Assembly (NCBI GenBank): GCA_019058015.1 | Contig: JAHLWH010000231.1 | Span: 1 to 37,159 of the forward strand | Direction of reading: 5' to 3' | DNA: 37,159 nt | Source of the DNA: Promethearchaeota archaeon | GTDB lineage: Archaea > Asgardarchaeota > Lokiarchaeia > Sigyniarchaeales > SOKP01 | Shown: positions 19,776-29,054 of the stretch, one piece after another | Layout of the letters: each line of letters begins with the position of its first letter | Numbering within the stretch: position 1 is the stretch's first letter | Translations under genes and position numbers: made by a program | The notes under the pieces: generated by a model | Told to the model about the DNA's origin: nothing | The model's input: only the letters and a program-made list of their open reading frames with translations | The model's database searches: none

Positions 19776-20978
19776 ATGGCTTTACCTTTAGATGGGATTA
19801 GGGTTTTAGACCTTACTAGAATGCTCCCAGGACCTTATTGTACTATGATTTTAGCTGATTTAGGAGCAGAAGTTATCCGTGTTGAAGACCCTAATTATGC
19901 CTATTCAAACCCTCCTCCATTTCATCAAAAAGGAAGATATCGGGAAAGCGCTTTTAATTCTATATTAATGCGTAATAAAAAATCAATAACTCTTAATTTG
20001 AAAAAAGAAAAAGCAAAGGAAATCTTCTATAAGTTAGTAAAACGGGCAGATATTATTATAGAAACTTTTAGACCAAAAGTAACAAATAAATTAAAAATTG
20101 ATTATGATACTTTATCTTCAATTAACCCATCAATTATATATTGCTCATTAACTGGTTATGGTCAGAATGGCCCTTATGAACAAATTGCGGGTCATGATTT
20201 AAATTATATTAGCATTTGTGGTATCTTAGATTTAAATAAAGAAAGAAAAATCGAAAATCAGTCTAATCAAGAAAGAAAGCCAATGGTTCCAGGAGTTCAA
20301 GCTGCAGATATTGGAGGAGGTTTAGTATCTACTATAGGTATCTTATCAGCAATCATTGAAAGAGCAAACAATTCAGAAAAAAAAGGTCAATATATTGATA
20401 TTTCAATGTTAGATTGTGTCTTTTCTTTTATGCCAATGCCAGCAGCATATCATTTTTCTCAAGATTTAACAACTACATCCCCAATACACGGTGATTTTCC
20501 ATTTTATTCTGTATATAAAACTAAAGATAATAAATATTTATCTATAGGAGCAATTGAAATGAAGTTTTGGAATAACTTATGTGAAGGTTTAGAGTTATAT
20601 GATTTAAAACTGAAACAGTTCCCTCAAGGTCTGGAAAAAGAAGAAGTATTTAAAAAAATCCAAGAAAAGTTTCTAACAAAAACTCAAGAAGAATGGTTAG
20701 AACATTTTAAAAATTTTGATACATGTATTATGCCCGTAAAAAATTTTGCTGAAGCATGTAATGACTCTCAGATTATCGCTCGAAATATGGTTGTTGAATT
20801 AGACCATCCAAAATTAGGAAAAATTAAAAATATTGCTTCTCCAATAAAATTGTCAAGAACACCCCTTAAAATAAGAAGTTTAGCTCCTAGAGTAGGACAA
20901 CATACAAAAGAAGTTCTTAAAACATTAGATTATTCTGATGAAGAAATACGTATTTTCAAAATAAATGGGCTAATCTAA
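19776..20978 (+). CDS. CaiB/BaiF family III CoA-transferase (alpha-methylacyl-CoA racemase-like)
   Basis: PLDGIRVLDLTRMLPGPYCTMILADLGAEVIRVE, RNKKSITLNLK, ETFRP and AGHDLNY motifs. Confidence 0.93.
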   Translation: MALPLDGIRVLDLTRMLPGPYCTMILADLGAEVIRVEDPNYAYSNPPPFHQKGRYRESAFNSILMRNKKSITLNLKKEKAKEIFYKLVKRADIIIETFRPKVTNKLKIDYDTLSSINPSIIYCSLTGYGQNGPYEQIAGHDLNYISICGILDLNKERKIENQSNQERKPMVPGVQAADIGGGLVSTIGILSAIIERANNSEKKGQYIDISMLDCVFSFMPMPAAYHFSQDLTTTSPIHGDFPFYSVYKTKDNKYLSIGAIEMKFWNNLCEGLELYDLKLKQFPQGLEKEEVFKKIQEKFLTKTQEEWLEHFKNFDTCIMPVKNFAEACNDSQIIARNMVVELDHPKLGKIKNIASPIKLSRTPLKIRSLAPRVGQHTKEVLKTLDYSDEEIRIFKINGLI

Positions 20979-20997
20979 AATTCGAATTTTTTTTCAA

Positions 20998-21510
20998 CTA
21001 TATTTCTATTAATCGGGCATCCATTGTCTCTAAATCCACGATAACAAATGTGGCTTTTCCAGTCAAATATCCACATAATTCTCCTGGATTTATAACTAAC
21101 GTATTATTTATTTTTTTGATATTATGATCGTGAGTATGACCTGTTGCAATAATATCAAATTCTCCAGATTTTGCTAAACTTTTAATAACTTTTGAGTGAT
21201 GAGAAACATATATTTTCTTCCCAGCTAAATCTAAAATTGCTTCATTACTGCTGAGTTTACAAATCTTTCCTAGCTTTTCTATTAGATATAAAAGATCTCC
21301 ATCATTATTACCAAATACTCCGAAAAAATTACCATTTTTTACATTCTCATTTAAATTCTCGAAAACTCTTATAACAAAAGGAGAAATAATATCCCCACAG
21401 TGTATCAAGAAATCAATTTTTTCTTTATTCAAAATATTTACTGCTTTTTTTATCATGTTTAAATTATCATGTGAATCAGAAATTACTCCCAATTTCAAAT
21501 TATCAAACAC
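20998..21510 (-). CDS. Metallophosphoesterase, YfcE/MJ0936 family
   Basis: SDSHDN, HCGD, GNND, GHTH and NPGE motifs; the true start may be TTG at about 21498 (MKLGVISD). Confidence 0.92.
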   Translation of the reverse strand: MFDNLKLGVISDSHDNLNMIKKAVNILNKEKIDFLIHCGDIISPFVIRVFENLNENVKNGNFFGVFGNNDGDLLYLIEKLGKICKLSSNEAILDLAGKKIYVSHHSKVIKSLAKSGEFDIIATGHTHDHNIKKINNTLVINPGELCGYLTGKATFVIVDLETMDARLIEI

Positions 21511-21752
21511 CTTCTCTTATTAAAAATCGAAAATAAATAAATTATTATGTAATTTAAATATCATTTCAATAAAAAAGTAATTCCATTTTAATTTTTAACA
21601 AATAACTCAAAATCTATTTAAAATAATTCTTTAAGGTAGGAGGAAATAAATAAATTTATGAATTCTTATTATTAAATAGCAAGATTATAATCCAATTCTA
21701 TAAATTATAATGGAATGATTTTGTAAATAATTATTGAGATAAGTGCTTAAAG

Positions 21753-22857
21753 ATGAGTAAACCAAAAACCTTTTTAGAACAATATTTTAAAGAAGAAAAA
21801 AAAAAAAGTTGATTTAGAATTAGAAAAATATTTTATCGATATATTAAAATCTGAATCAATTCAAAACACATTACTATATGATTTCATTAAAAAAGTAAAA
21901 GATTATGTATTACCCCCAAATAATAAACCAAAAAGACTACATCCTATAATTTTAATTTCATCATTTTTAGGAATTGCAAATCCTCACTATATAGAAGAAA
22001 TGGCAGATGATATTATATCTGTTGCACTATCTGTTGAACTTCTCCATAATGCGAAAATTATCCATGATGATCTTATTGATAAGGATATAACACGAAGAGG
22101 TTTTCCTTCTTTTCATATTAGATGGGCAAATCAACTATTAGAAACCTATACTGATAAAGACTTTCCTAATAAAGAAGATTCTGCTCGAGAATTCGGAGCC
22201 GCTATGGCAATTTTAGGAGGAAATATAACTTATTTTTTAGGTTCCCAGATTATTTTTAATTCAAAATTTGAGAATAAATTAAAATTCAAGGCATATTCTG
22301 AGTATAATGAAGCTTTTAATTTAATCAATAAAGGATTAATTATTGAAGAATATATGTTTTGGAATAAAATCACTATGACTTTAGAACAGTATTTAAATAT
22401 TGCAGAGCTAAAAACTGCAAGCTTATTTGAAAAATCGGCAAAAATTGGTGCAATTCTCGCAAAAGGTAATTTGAATTATCAGATCCATCCATTATCAGAT
22501 TTTATATTAAAATTAGGTCAAATACATTCTATTAGAGACGACATTTTAGACCTAGAGAAAGATATAATGCATGGCGAGAAAAAATTTCCATATATTATAG
22601 CAATCCAGAATACAACAGAAGCCCAACAAAAAATTTTAAATGAATTATATGAGAAACCCGATTTAAATAAAAATGAAATTGAGGAAGTTGTGAAGATTAT
22701 TAATGAAACTAACGCCCTACAAATCGCTCAACAATTTGGTTTGAATCTAATTTCTCAAGCCAGAGTACCTTTAAAGAAAATTTATCCAGCATTAAATAAA
22801 AAATCCGAAAAATTTTTCATGGAATTATTAAATTTCAGTATAGAGAGAGATTATTAA
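21753..22857 (+). CDS. Polyprenyl diphosphate (GGPP-type) synthase, frameshifted in an A12 run at 21796-21807
   Basis: FARM HDDLIDKDITRRG, KTA and SARM RDDILD motifs. KRLHP lies in frame upstream of ATG 22000. ATG 21753 joins that frame if one A is removed from the run. Confidence 0.85.
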
Positions 22858-22907
22858 TAATTCTAATTTTTGCTTAAATTTTATCCAGTTAGATTAAATG
22901 AGAGATA

Positions 22908-23393
22908 TTAAAAAGATGGTTTTTCTGAGTTTAGAGCTTCTAAGTGATCACGATTATATCGCCATACTCCAAGCCCAAGGCAAAAGAATCCCACACCAAA
23001 TGAGAAATATTTAAATATTCCCCCAATTTCCACATCAAGATAAGTTATTATTCCAGTATTAGTAATAACTTGATGAAATCCCTCAATTAACGTTTGTGTA
23101 AATGGATACAGAAAAGATCCTATAAAAAATATCAAGATGGTTATTATTCCTGAGAGAATGATCATTATATTCGCTTTCAAATGTAAATGGGTTTGGATTT
23201 GATAGCGAAAAAGAAGTAATACTCCGACGATAAAGGTGATATATGTTGATGCTTCAAGGAATCCCCACAAAGTGCCAACATAACTTGGTGGTGGTTCAAT
23301 CGCATAAAATCCCATAGGAAGAAGGAGTGTCAGACACTGAAACATCCCCAGTAGAGTTGCAATTGTATCTGTTATTGTTCGAAGGGTCTCCAT
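22908..23393 (-). CDS. Hypothetical membrane protein (about 4 TM)
   Basis: 161-aa ORF, GAGGA SD, four hydrophobic segments. Confidence 0.7.
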   Translation of the reverse strand: METLRTITDTIATLLGMFQCLTLLLPMGFYAIEPPPSYVGTLWGFLEASTYITFIVGVLLLFRYQIQTHLHLKANIMIILSGIITILIFFIGSFLYPFTQTLIEGFHQVITNTGIITYLDVEIGGIFKYFSFGVGFFCLGLGVWRYNRDHLEALNSEKPSF

Positions 23394-23562
23394 TGATTAT
23401 TCCTCATCAACTTTTTTCTTCTTTTTGTCATATTACTCTTTAATTCTCTTTTTTATAAATTTTCCCGTGTTTATTAAAATTACATTAAAGATAAATATTG
23501 TAAAAATAGTTGTTTAATTTAAATTACTTAATTTAAATATGTCTAATTTAGAAGAAATTCAA

Positions 23563-24075
23563 TCATAAAATTATGGATTCTAGTTTAGTAATAACTGCTT
23601 CTAAAACCTTTTGCTTAAATTTAATCCGACTAGTCTGAAAATTATGTTTATCCACAATTATTTGATCTTTCAAAGAGTAAGAAATATATACTAACCCAAC
23701 CGGTTTTAATTCAGTCCCCCCTGTAGGCCCAGCTATACCTGTTATTCCTATGACTATTTCTGAGTTAGCAATTCTTCGGATACCCTCTGCCATTTGCCTT
23801 GCAACAATATCACTAACAGCACCGAACTCCTTAATCATTTCTGGATCTACACCCAATATTTCACTCTTAGATTTATCACTATATGTTATAACTCCACACT
23901 CAAATATTTCTGATGAACCAGATAAGTTTGTTATCATATGAGAAAGATAGCCACCAGTAGCTGATTCTGCTATGCTTAATTTTAATCCTTTCTCTTTTAA
24001 TTTCTTTAAGAGACTTACCAACCTTTCTAGAATTTCTTTTTCATCAAATTTTTCGGAGATTTTCAAGATCCTCAC
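23563..24075 (-). CDS. pncC: CinA C-terminal domain protein / NMN deamidase
   Basis: AESATGG, GSSE, YS...K...LGV, GAVS and ITGIAGPTGG...KPVGLVY motifs. Confidence 0.9.
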   Translation of the reverse strand: MRILKISEKFDEKEILERLVSLLKKLKEKGLKLSIAESATGGYLSHMITNLSGSSEIFECGVITYSDKSKSEILGVDPEMIKEFGAVSDIVARQMAEGIRRIANSEIVIGITGIAGPTGGTELKPVGLVYISYSLKDQIIVDKHNFQTSRIKFKQKVLEAVITKLESIIL

Positions 24076-24256
24076 AATCTTCTGCTAATCTAAGATATTT
24101 TTTTATAGAATTTAATATATTTCAAATAGAAATCATAAAATTTATTGTATTTAAATCGATGATATGGAGTATTTAAAACGATTTAATTCCAATTGAATGT
24201 TTAATTTATATTAACTTTTGTTAAAAAATAGGAAAATAAATTTATTTATTATTTAA

Positions 24257-24556
24257 TTAAATTGCTAAAGTTCTAAGAGCCTTTTGCATATTTCTTCTCT
24301 TAAGGACCCTCGAAAAATCATCGTTATTAGAACTGGTTGTTAAATGGTTTAGGAAAACGTCCAAATTATCAAAATTATCAAAAAAATAATCCTTCCCTTT
24401 AACAAACAGTGTTACGCCACGATTTTTTTCGATTTTCGCATATATTCCACCAATATTTATATCATGTTTCATATATACTGTCCTTTCCTTTCCCTTTTTT
24501 GCCCAAAAGTTTTGCTTCAACAAGTAAGATCTAAACATACTCATTTCTTCACACAC
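24257..24556 (-). CDS. Small hypothetical protein
   Basis: 99-aa ORF with a GAGG SD-like sequence; the start may be ATG at about 24544. Confidence 0.6.
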   Translation of the reverse strand: MCEEMSMFRSYLLKQNFWAKKGKERTVYMKHDINIGGIYAKIEKNRGVTLFVKGKDYFFDNFDNLDVFLNHLTTSSNNDDFSRVLKRRNMQKALRTLAI

Positions 24557-24917
24557 AACCTCTTAAATTTATTTTAATACTTATACCATCCAATACTATA
24601 TTCATGAGATCTTTTCAATATCATTTGAATAATCTCTTGAGTATGATCTGAATATTATAGTAATAGTCGTTTATATATTACAATATAATATCTAGATATG
24701 ATTAAAATTCATATTCGTAGAAACTCATTTTTCTCCTTTAAATTCAGATCCTCATAATTTTACGAGGTTAAAACTCCTATATAAATAAATTTGTAAAAAT
24801 TTTTTTATTTAACCTTTAATTTTTCTACTTGACCTTGATTTCCTATGCAATCAAAAAAAATTCTTTCTTTAAAACAAGTAAATTAAATTGAAAAAAAGAG
24901 TTTTAATCTATTAATTT

Positions 24918-25496
24918 TTATTCAGTTTTCTTGTAATAGATTAATTCGGTAATCTTTTCGAAAATATCTGGAACATTAAGACCTGTTTTTGCGGATGTTT
25001 CGAAATATGGTGCATTTAACTTCTTAGAAAGATGCTCTGACATAGGAAGAATAATCTTTCTTTCATCTTTTAAATCAATCTTATTCCCAACAAGTATTCT
25101 TGGTACTGAAGAAAGACCAAATTTAACCGCTTCATTGAACCAATTGTTAACATTTGAAAAAGTACTACTTCTGGTAATGTCAAACACAAGAATAATTCCG
25201 TTTGCACCTTGATAATATGGTTTGTGAACCATGTAAAATTGAGGTTGCCCAGCGATATCCCAGAACATTAAATTAATTTCAACTTTCTCCTTTTCTTTTG
25301 TCTCAAATTGAAGAATGTACTTTAAGATATTTACGCCAATAGTCGGCAAATATTGTTTTGTAAATTTCTTTTTAATAAAATTGTTCAAGAGGCTTGTCTT
25401 ACCAACCGCAGGATCACCCAATATCAAAATCTTGTAGACAAATTCCGTGTTAGGTTTATAAAAGTGTAGTTTTTCATTATTTGAATCTTCTGACAT
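24918..25496 (-). CDS. Rab-like small GTPase
   Basis: G1 GDPAVGKT, G2 PTIGV, G3 WDIAGQ, G4 NKID, G5 ETSAK; RabF-like YYQGA and LVFDIT; no C-terminal Cys prenylation motif. Confidence 0.93.
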   Translation of the reverse strand: MSEDSNNEKLHFYKPNTEFVYKILILGDPAVGKTSLLNNFIKKKFTKQYLPTIGVNILKYILQFETKEKEKVEINLMFWDIAGQPQFYMVHKPYYQGANGIILVFDITRSSTFSNVNNWFNEAVKFGLSSVPRILVGNKIDLKDERKIILPMSEHLSKKLNAPYFETSAKTGLNVPDIFEKITELIYYKKTE

Positions 25497-25683
25497 TTTT
25501 TAGCACTTTATAATTTTAAGATTTTAACCAGTTATTTAGTAGAAAAAAAAATTTCACTTTAAAATATTTAATCATAATTAAGATAAAAAAGCTCCAAAAA
25601 ACCATGGAATTTCTTAAATTAAATTGAATTTTTATTTTTAAGAATCCTTTTTTTTAATTAGAAGGCAAATGGATTGGGGGATT

Positions 25684-26250
25684 TTAAAATTTAATAATCC
25701 AGAAATCAATCTTATCAAGAAGCATTTTTTCCAAAGATTCATTAAATTCTTTAAAGTTTTTTAACTCGGTAATGGTTTTTGATATTTCATACAAAGTTCT
25801 ATGACCTCCGGTAATTTCAAAGATCGATTCTTTTGTTTCCTCTAAGAGAGCTTTTATTTTCTCTAAATCTTTTGTACTCCTAAGTGCTTTTTTTAAATTA
25901 TTAAAGATCTCCTTAGCATTATTTGATTTTAATGTTGTTGTTTCATCTCTTTCAATTTCAGTTGATTTTTTAGCAATTATTCCTTGTGAGATTACTGATT
26001 TTAGGAGATCAATTTCACTTTCAATTATATCTTGTTTTTCAATAATTTTATTCAGTTGTGGAATAAGTCCCTTTATATCTAGAGTTGTTTTAAAAAGATC
26101 ATCAATTTTGTCGGTTAATATATGAATTGAATGAGTAATTTTTCCGATATTTTGTATGAGGTTTAGACCAAAGTTTTGAAGTATTTCCGAGAATGATCCG
26201 ATTTTGTCTTCAAGTGTGTTTATTTTATCTGATGAGTTATTATTAGTCAT
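25684..26250 (-). CDS. Hypothetical coiled-coil/helical protein
   Basis: 188-aa ORF with heptad-like Leu/Ile periodicity. Confidence 0.7.
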   Translation of the reverse strand: MTNNNSSDKINTLEDKIGSFSEILQNFGLNLIQNIGKITHSIHILTDKIDDLFKTTLDIKGLIPQLNKIIEKQDIIESEIDLLKSVISQGIIAKKSTEIERDETTTLKSNNAKEIFNNLKKALRSTKDLEKIKALLEETKESIFEITGGHRTLYEISKTITELKNFKEFNESLEKMLLDKIDFWIIKF

Positions 26251-26390
26251 TATTTTTTATCATGAATTTAACTCTATGATACTTTGAAGATGGATATTTA
26301 ATTTAAATTTATTTAAAGAATTATTTATTTTATAACTTATATATTAATAATAATAATAATTGGAAAAATAAATCCTCGTTTGCAAAAAAA

Positions 26391-27275
26391 TTGATTCAAT
26401 ACGTTAATATTTTAACTAATAATGGAAAATCTTTGTTATTCCGTAATTATGGTGATTCGGAGGTTGATAAAGATCTATTGGCTGGTTTTTTAAGTGCATT
26501 TTCAAGTTTTATGCAAGAAATTAGTCAATCAGAAATAAAATCTACTGAGACTGGAGATAATAAATTCTTCTATATCTCTGTTAAAGACATAATATTTGTT
26601 GTTTGTGCAGATAAAGAAGATGAAGATAAAGAAATAACCAATAAATTAAATAATATAGCCGAAAAATTCTTAGAAAAATTCGAAGATATTGTTAAAGATA
26701 ATAAATGGGCAGGTAATCGCTCAATATTTAAAGAATTTAACGAAGAACTTGATAAAATTGTTCTTGGCGCGATAAAAGTCTCAATAATTGGATTTGGAGG
26801 GGTTGGAAAAACAACACTTCTTCATTTAATTTGTGGGAAAGATATTAATTTAGAATATGTACCTACAATGACTGCTGATATTACTACTTTTGATGGGTTT
26901 GGAGGTAAAAGAGAAGTTGTTTTCTGGGATTTTGCGGGTCAAGAAAATTTTCAGAGTTTATGGACAAGCTTACTTTCAGGTACAGAAATTGCTTTATTAG
27001 TAACTGATTCCACATATGAGAATGTAAATGGTTCAAAAAAAATAATACATGATATTTTGGATAAATATTATGAAGATGAATTCGTTATCGGGATAGCAAA
27101 TAAGCAAGATTTAGACAATAGATTAACTCCTGAATTTTGTGAGAAATTACTCTCTACTGATAAAAGACAAATAAAAACTTATGGTATGGTTGCAATAAAT
27201 ACTGTTTATCGAGAAAAAATTCATGAAATTTTAAGAAATGCAATCGAAACAATAGAAAAAAAACATATGAAATAA
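26391..27275 (+). CDS. Longin-like domain fused to an Arf/Ras-family small GTPase
   Basis: N-terminal MIQYVNIL...GKSLLFRNY...LLAGFLSAF longin-like pattern; GFGGVGKT, PT, WDFAGQ and ANKQD motifs. Confidence 0.88.
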   Translation: MIQYVNILTNNGKSLLFRNYGDSEVDKDLLAGFLSAFSSFMQEISQSEIKSTETGDNKFFYISVKDIIFVVCADKEDEDKEITNKLNNIAEKFLEKFEDIVKDNKWAGNRSIFKEFNEELDKIVLGAIKVSIIGFGGVGKTTLLHLICGKDINLEYVPTMTADITTFDGFGGKREVVFWDFAGQENFQSLWTSLLSGTEIALLVTDSTYENVNGSKKIIHDILDKYYEDEFVIGIANKQDLDNRLTPEFCEKLLSTDKRQIKTYGMVAINTVYREKIHEILRNAIETIEKKHMK

Positions 27276-27320
27276 AAAATTTCTAATTTTTAATTTTAAT
27301 AAAAGGTTTGTGTAATAAAT

Positions 27321-29054
27321 ATGGAATTTAAAATTGAAAAATTAAATTTCGAGGAATTTGAAGATTACAATTTAATAAGATTACCTAATTTAAATGAAGA
27401 GGAGCAAAAAATCGTTGATCCCATTATTCCCCCAACCTCAGGTTTAAGAATTAAACTTTTTGATTTAATAGAACCTTCAGGATCATATGTTTTAACTAAT
27501 CATAAATTATATCTCTATCTTCGCGTTGCTAAAGCGATCAGCATCAAATTTCAAGAAGATTTTAGGGAAGAAAATCCGAAAATATTAATTGTTTCCGATT
27601 GTCGTCCAAGTAGTAATTATTTAATAAAACTCTGTGCTCAATTGTATGCTTATGATGGTTTTGAAATTTTCTTTCAGAAAAATGGTGATGGTAATTCCTT
27701 GATGTCTAGTCCTTATGCTAGTGCATCAGTTGCATTATACGATGATATAAATCTGGCTTTAATGATTACTGCATCCCACAATCCATTAGATTGGAATGGA
27801 CTTAAAGTCTATATGAAATATCCAATTCCTATTTCGGGAGATTTAATGAAACAAATTTCTTGTATTGCACTTTCCTTAAATGAGATAAAATTTAAGAAGA
27901 AATTTAAAGAAAATAGAATTGGTGCAGAACAGAAAAATAATGAGTATATTAAAGATTTACTTTCTGAAATTATTGAAATTCAAGCATTAAAAAATGCGAA
28001 AATTGTTATATGGCCATATTTAGGTAAGGCAAGGGGTATTGTGAATCTTTATAAAGAATATGGAGCAGATATTACCTTAATAGATGAAACTATCAACCCA
28101 CCTAATCCAATTAAGGAGATAAGGAGGGAGAAGTTAATTCAAACGATGGAATCTGTTGATTCAAAAATTGCGATATTATTAGACGCTGATAGAGATCGAC
28201 TTGCATTCTTTTTAAAGGAAGAAAATGGATATAATCTCTATATACCAAACGAGCTTTATACTGCCATGCATAATATTCTTGCAAAGGAATTCTCTTGCAA
28301 AATAATTAACATAAGAACTATTCCAAGCGATTATAGAGGTGACCATACTTCAATTCTAAATATTTTGACAGGTGTAGGATATAAACATTTAGGTGTTATT
28401 TTGTATTTCTTATTTGGGGTTGAAGTAGATCAATCAAAAATTGATACAGGAATATTATATGTAGAAGATAATGATAAATTTGTAAAAATTAATAATTCAA
28501 CACCACTCAAAGAAAGTATAAGAAAAATAGTTAAGAATAAAGAACTTACTAATGAAAACTTAATAATTGCAGCATGGGAGGAAAGCGGGGGTCATACATT
28601 CAACATATTAAAAGTTTCCAAAAATGATAACACGGAAGAGTATGATTTTGAAACGCCCTTTCCTATAATTGCAGATAAATATCCCGTTCCAGCATTAATA
28701 ATTTTAAGTGAATTAATAGCCAGAGGATATCGAATTTCCGATGCAATAGATTGGACAATTAAGGGAATAAATAGGACCATTCCCGCTGTTGACGAGCAGA
28801 AAATCAATATAATGAAAAATTTTGAGAAGAATGATGGAAAATCCATAAAAATCGATAATAAAAATTATCAAATTAAAAGTTTATCTGATAATAATAATAA
28901 GATTGATACTTATCGACTAAAAAGTGAGGATTCTATTCTATATTTCAGACCTTCGGGAACAGGTCCTGATGTCAGGTTTTACATCTTTGGGAAAAGAGAA
29001 ACTCACTTAGAAGAAATAAAAAGAGTAATGGAATTTGTAAATAATTACAAATAA
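27321..29054 (+). CDS. Alpha-D-phosphohexomutase (PMM/PGM/GlmM superfamily)
   Basis: TSGLR, TASHNP (phospho-Ser), DADRDR (metal loop), EESGG and RPSGT motifs. Confidence 0.92.
   Translation: MEFKIEKLNFEEFEDYNLIRLPNLNEEEQKIVDPIIPPTSGLRIKLFDLIEPSGSYVLTNHKLYLYLRVAKAISIKFQEDFREENPKILIVSDCRPSSNYLIKLCAQLYAYDGFEIFFQKNGDGNSLMSSPYASASVALYDDINLALMITASHNPLDWNGLKVYMKYPIPISGDLMKQISCIALSLNEIKFKKKFKENRIGAEQKNNEYIKDLLSEIIEIQALKNAKIVIWPYLGKARGIVNLYKEYGADITLIDETINPPNPIKEIRREKLIQTMESVDSKIAILLDADRDRLAFFLKEENGYNLYIPNELYTAMHNILAKEFSCKIINIRTIPSDYRGDHTSILNILTGVGYKHLGVILYFLFGVEVDQSKIDTGILYVEDNDKFVKINNSTPLKESIRKIVKNKELTNENLIIAAWEESGGHTFNILKVSKNDNTEEYDFETPFPIIADKYPVPALIILSELIARGYRISDAIDWTIKGINRTIPAVDEQKINIMKNFEKNDGKSIKIDNKNYQIKSLSDNNNKIDTYRLKSEDSILYFRPSGTGPDVRFYIFGKRETHLEEIKRVMEFVNNYK

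Noticed and set aside
20998-21510. Possible Vps29 (retromer) ortholog
   Set aside because: It keeps the full catalytic motif set of ordinary MJ0936/YfcE phosphoesterases; a shared fold alone is not evidence
21637-21675. AGGAGG followed by a mini-ORF MNSYY
   Set aside because: The SD-to-ATG spacing of about 14 nt is too long and such short ORFs are expected by chance
24602-24651. Hairpin beginning ATGA considered as a SECIS element or C/D-box RNA
   Set aside because: The GA pairs canonically rather than forming the non-Watson-Crick quartet, there is no proper box C, and no in-frame TGA selenoprotein candidate is present in the window
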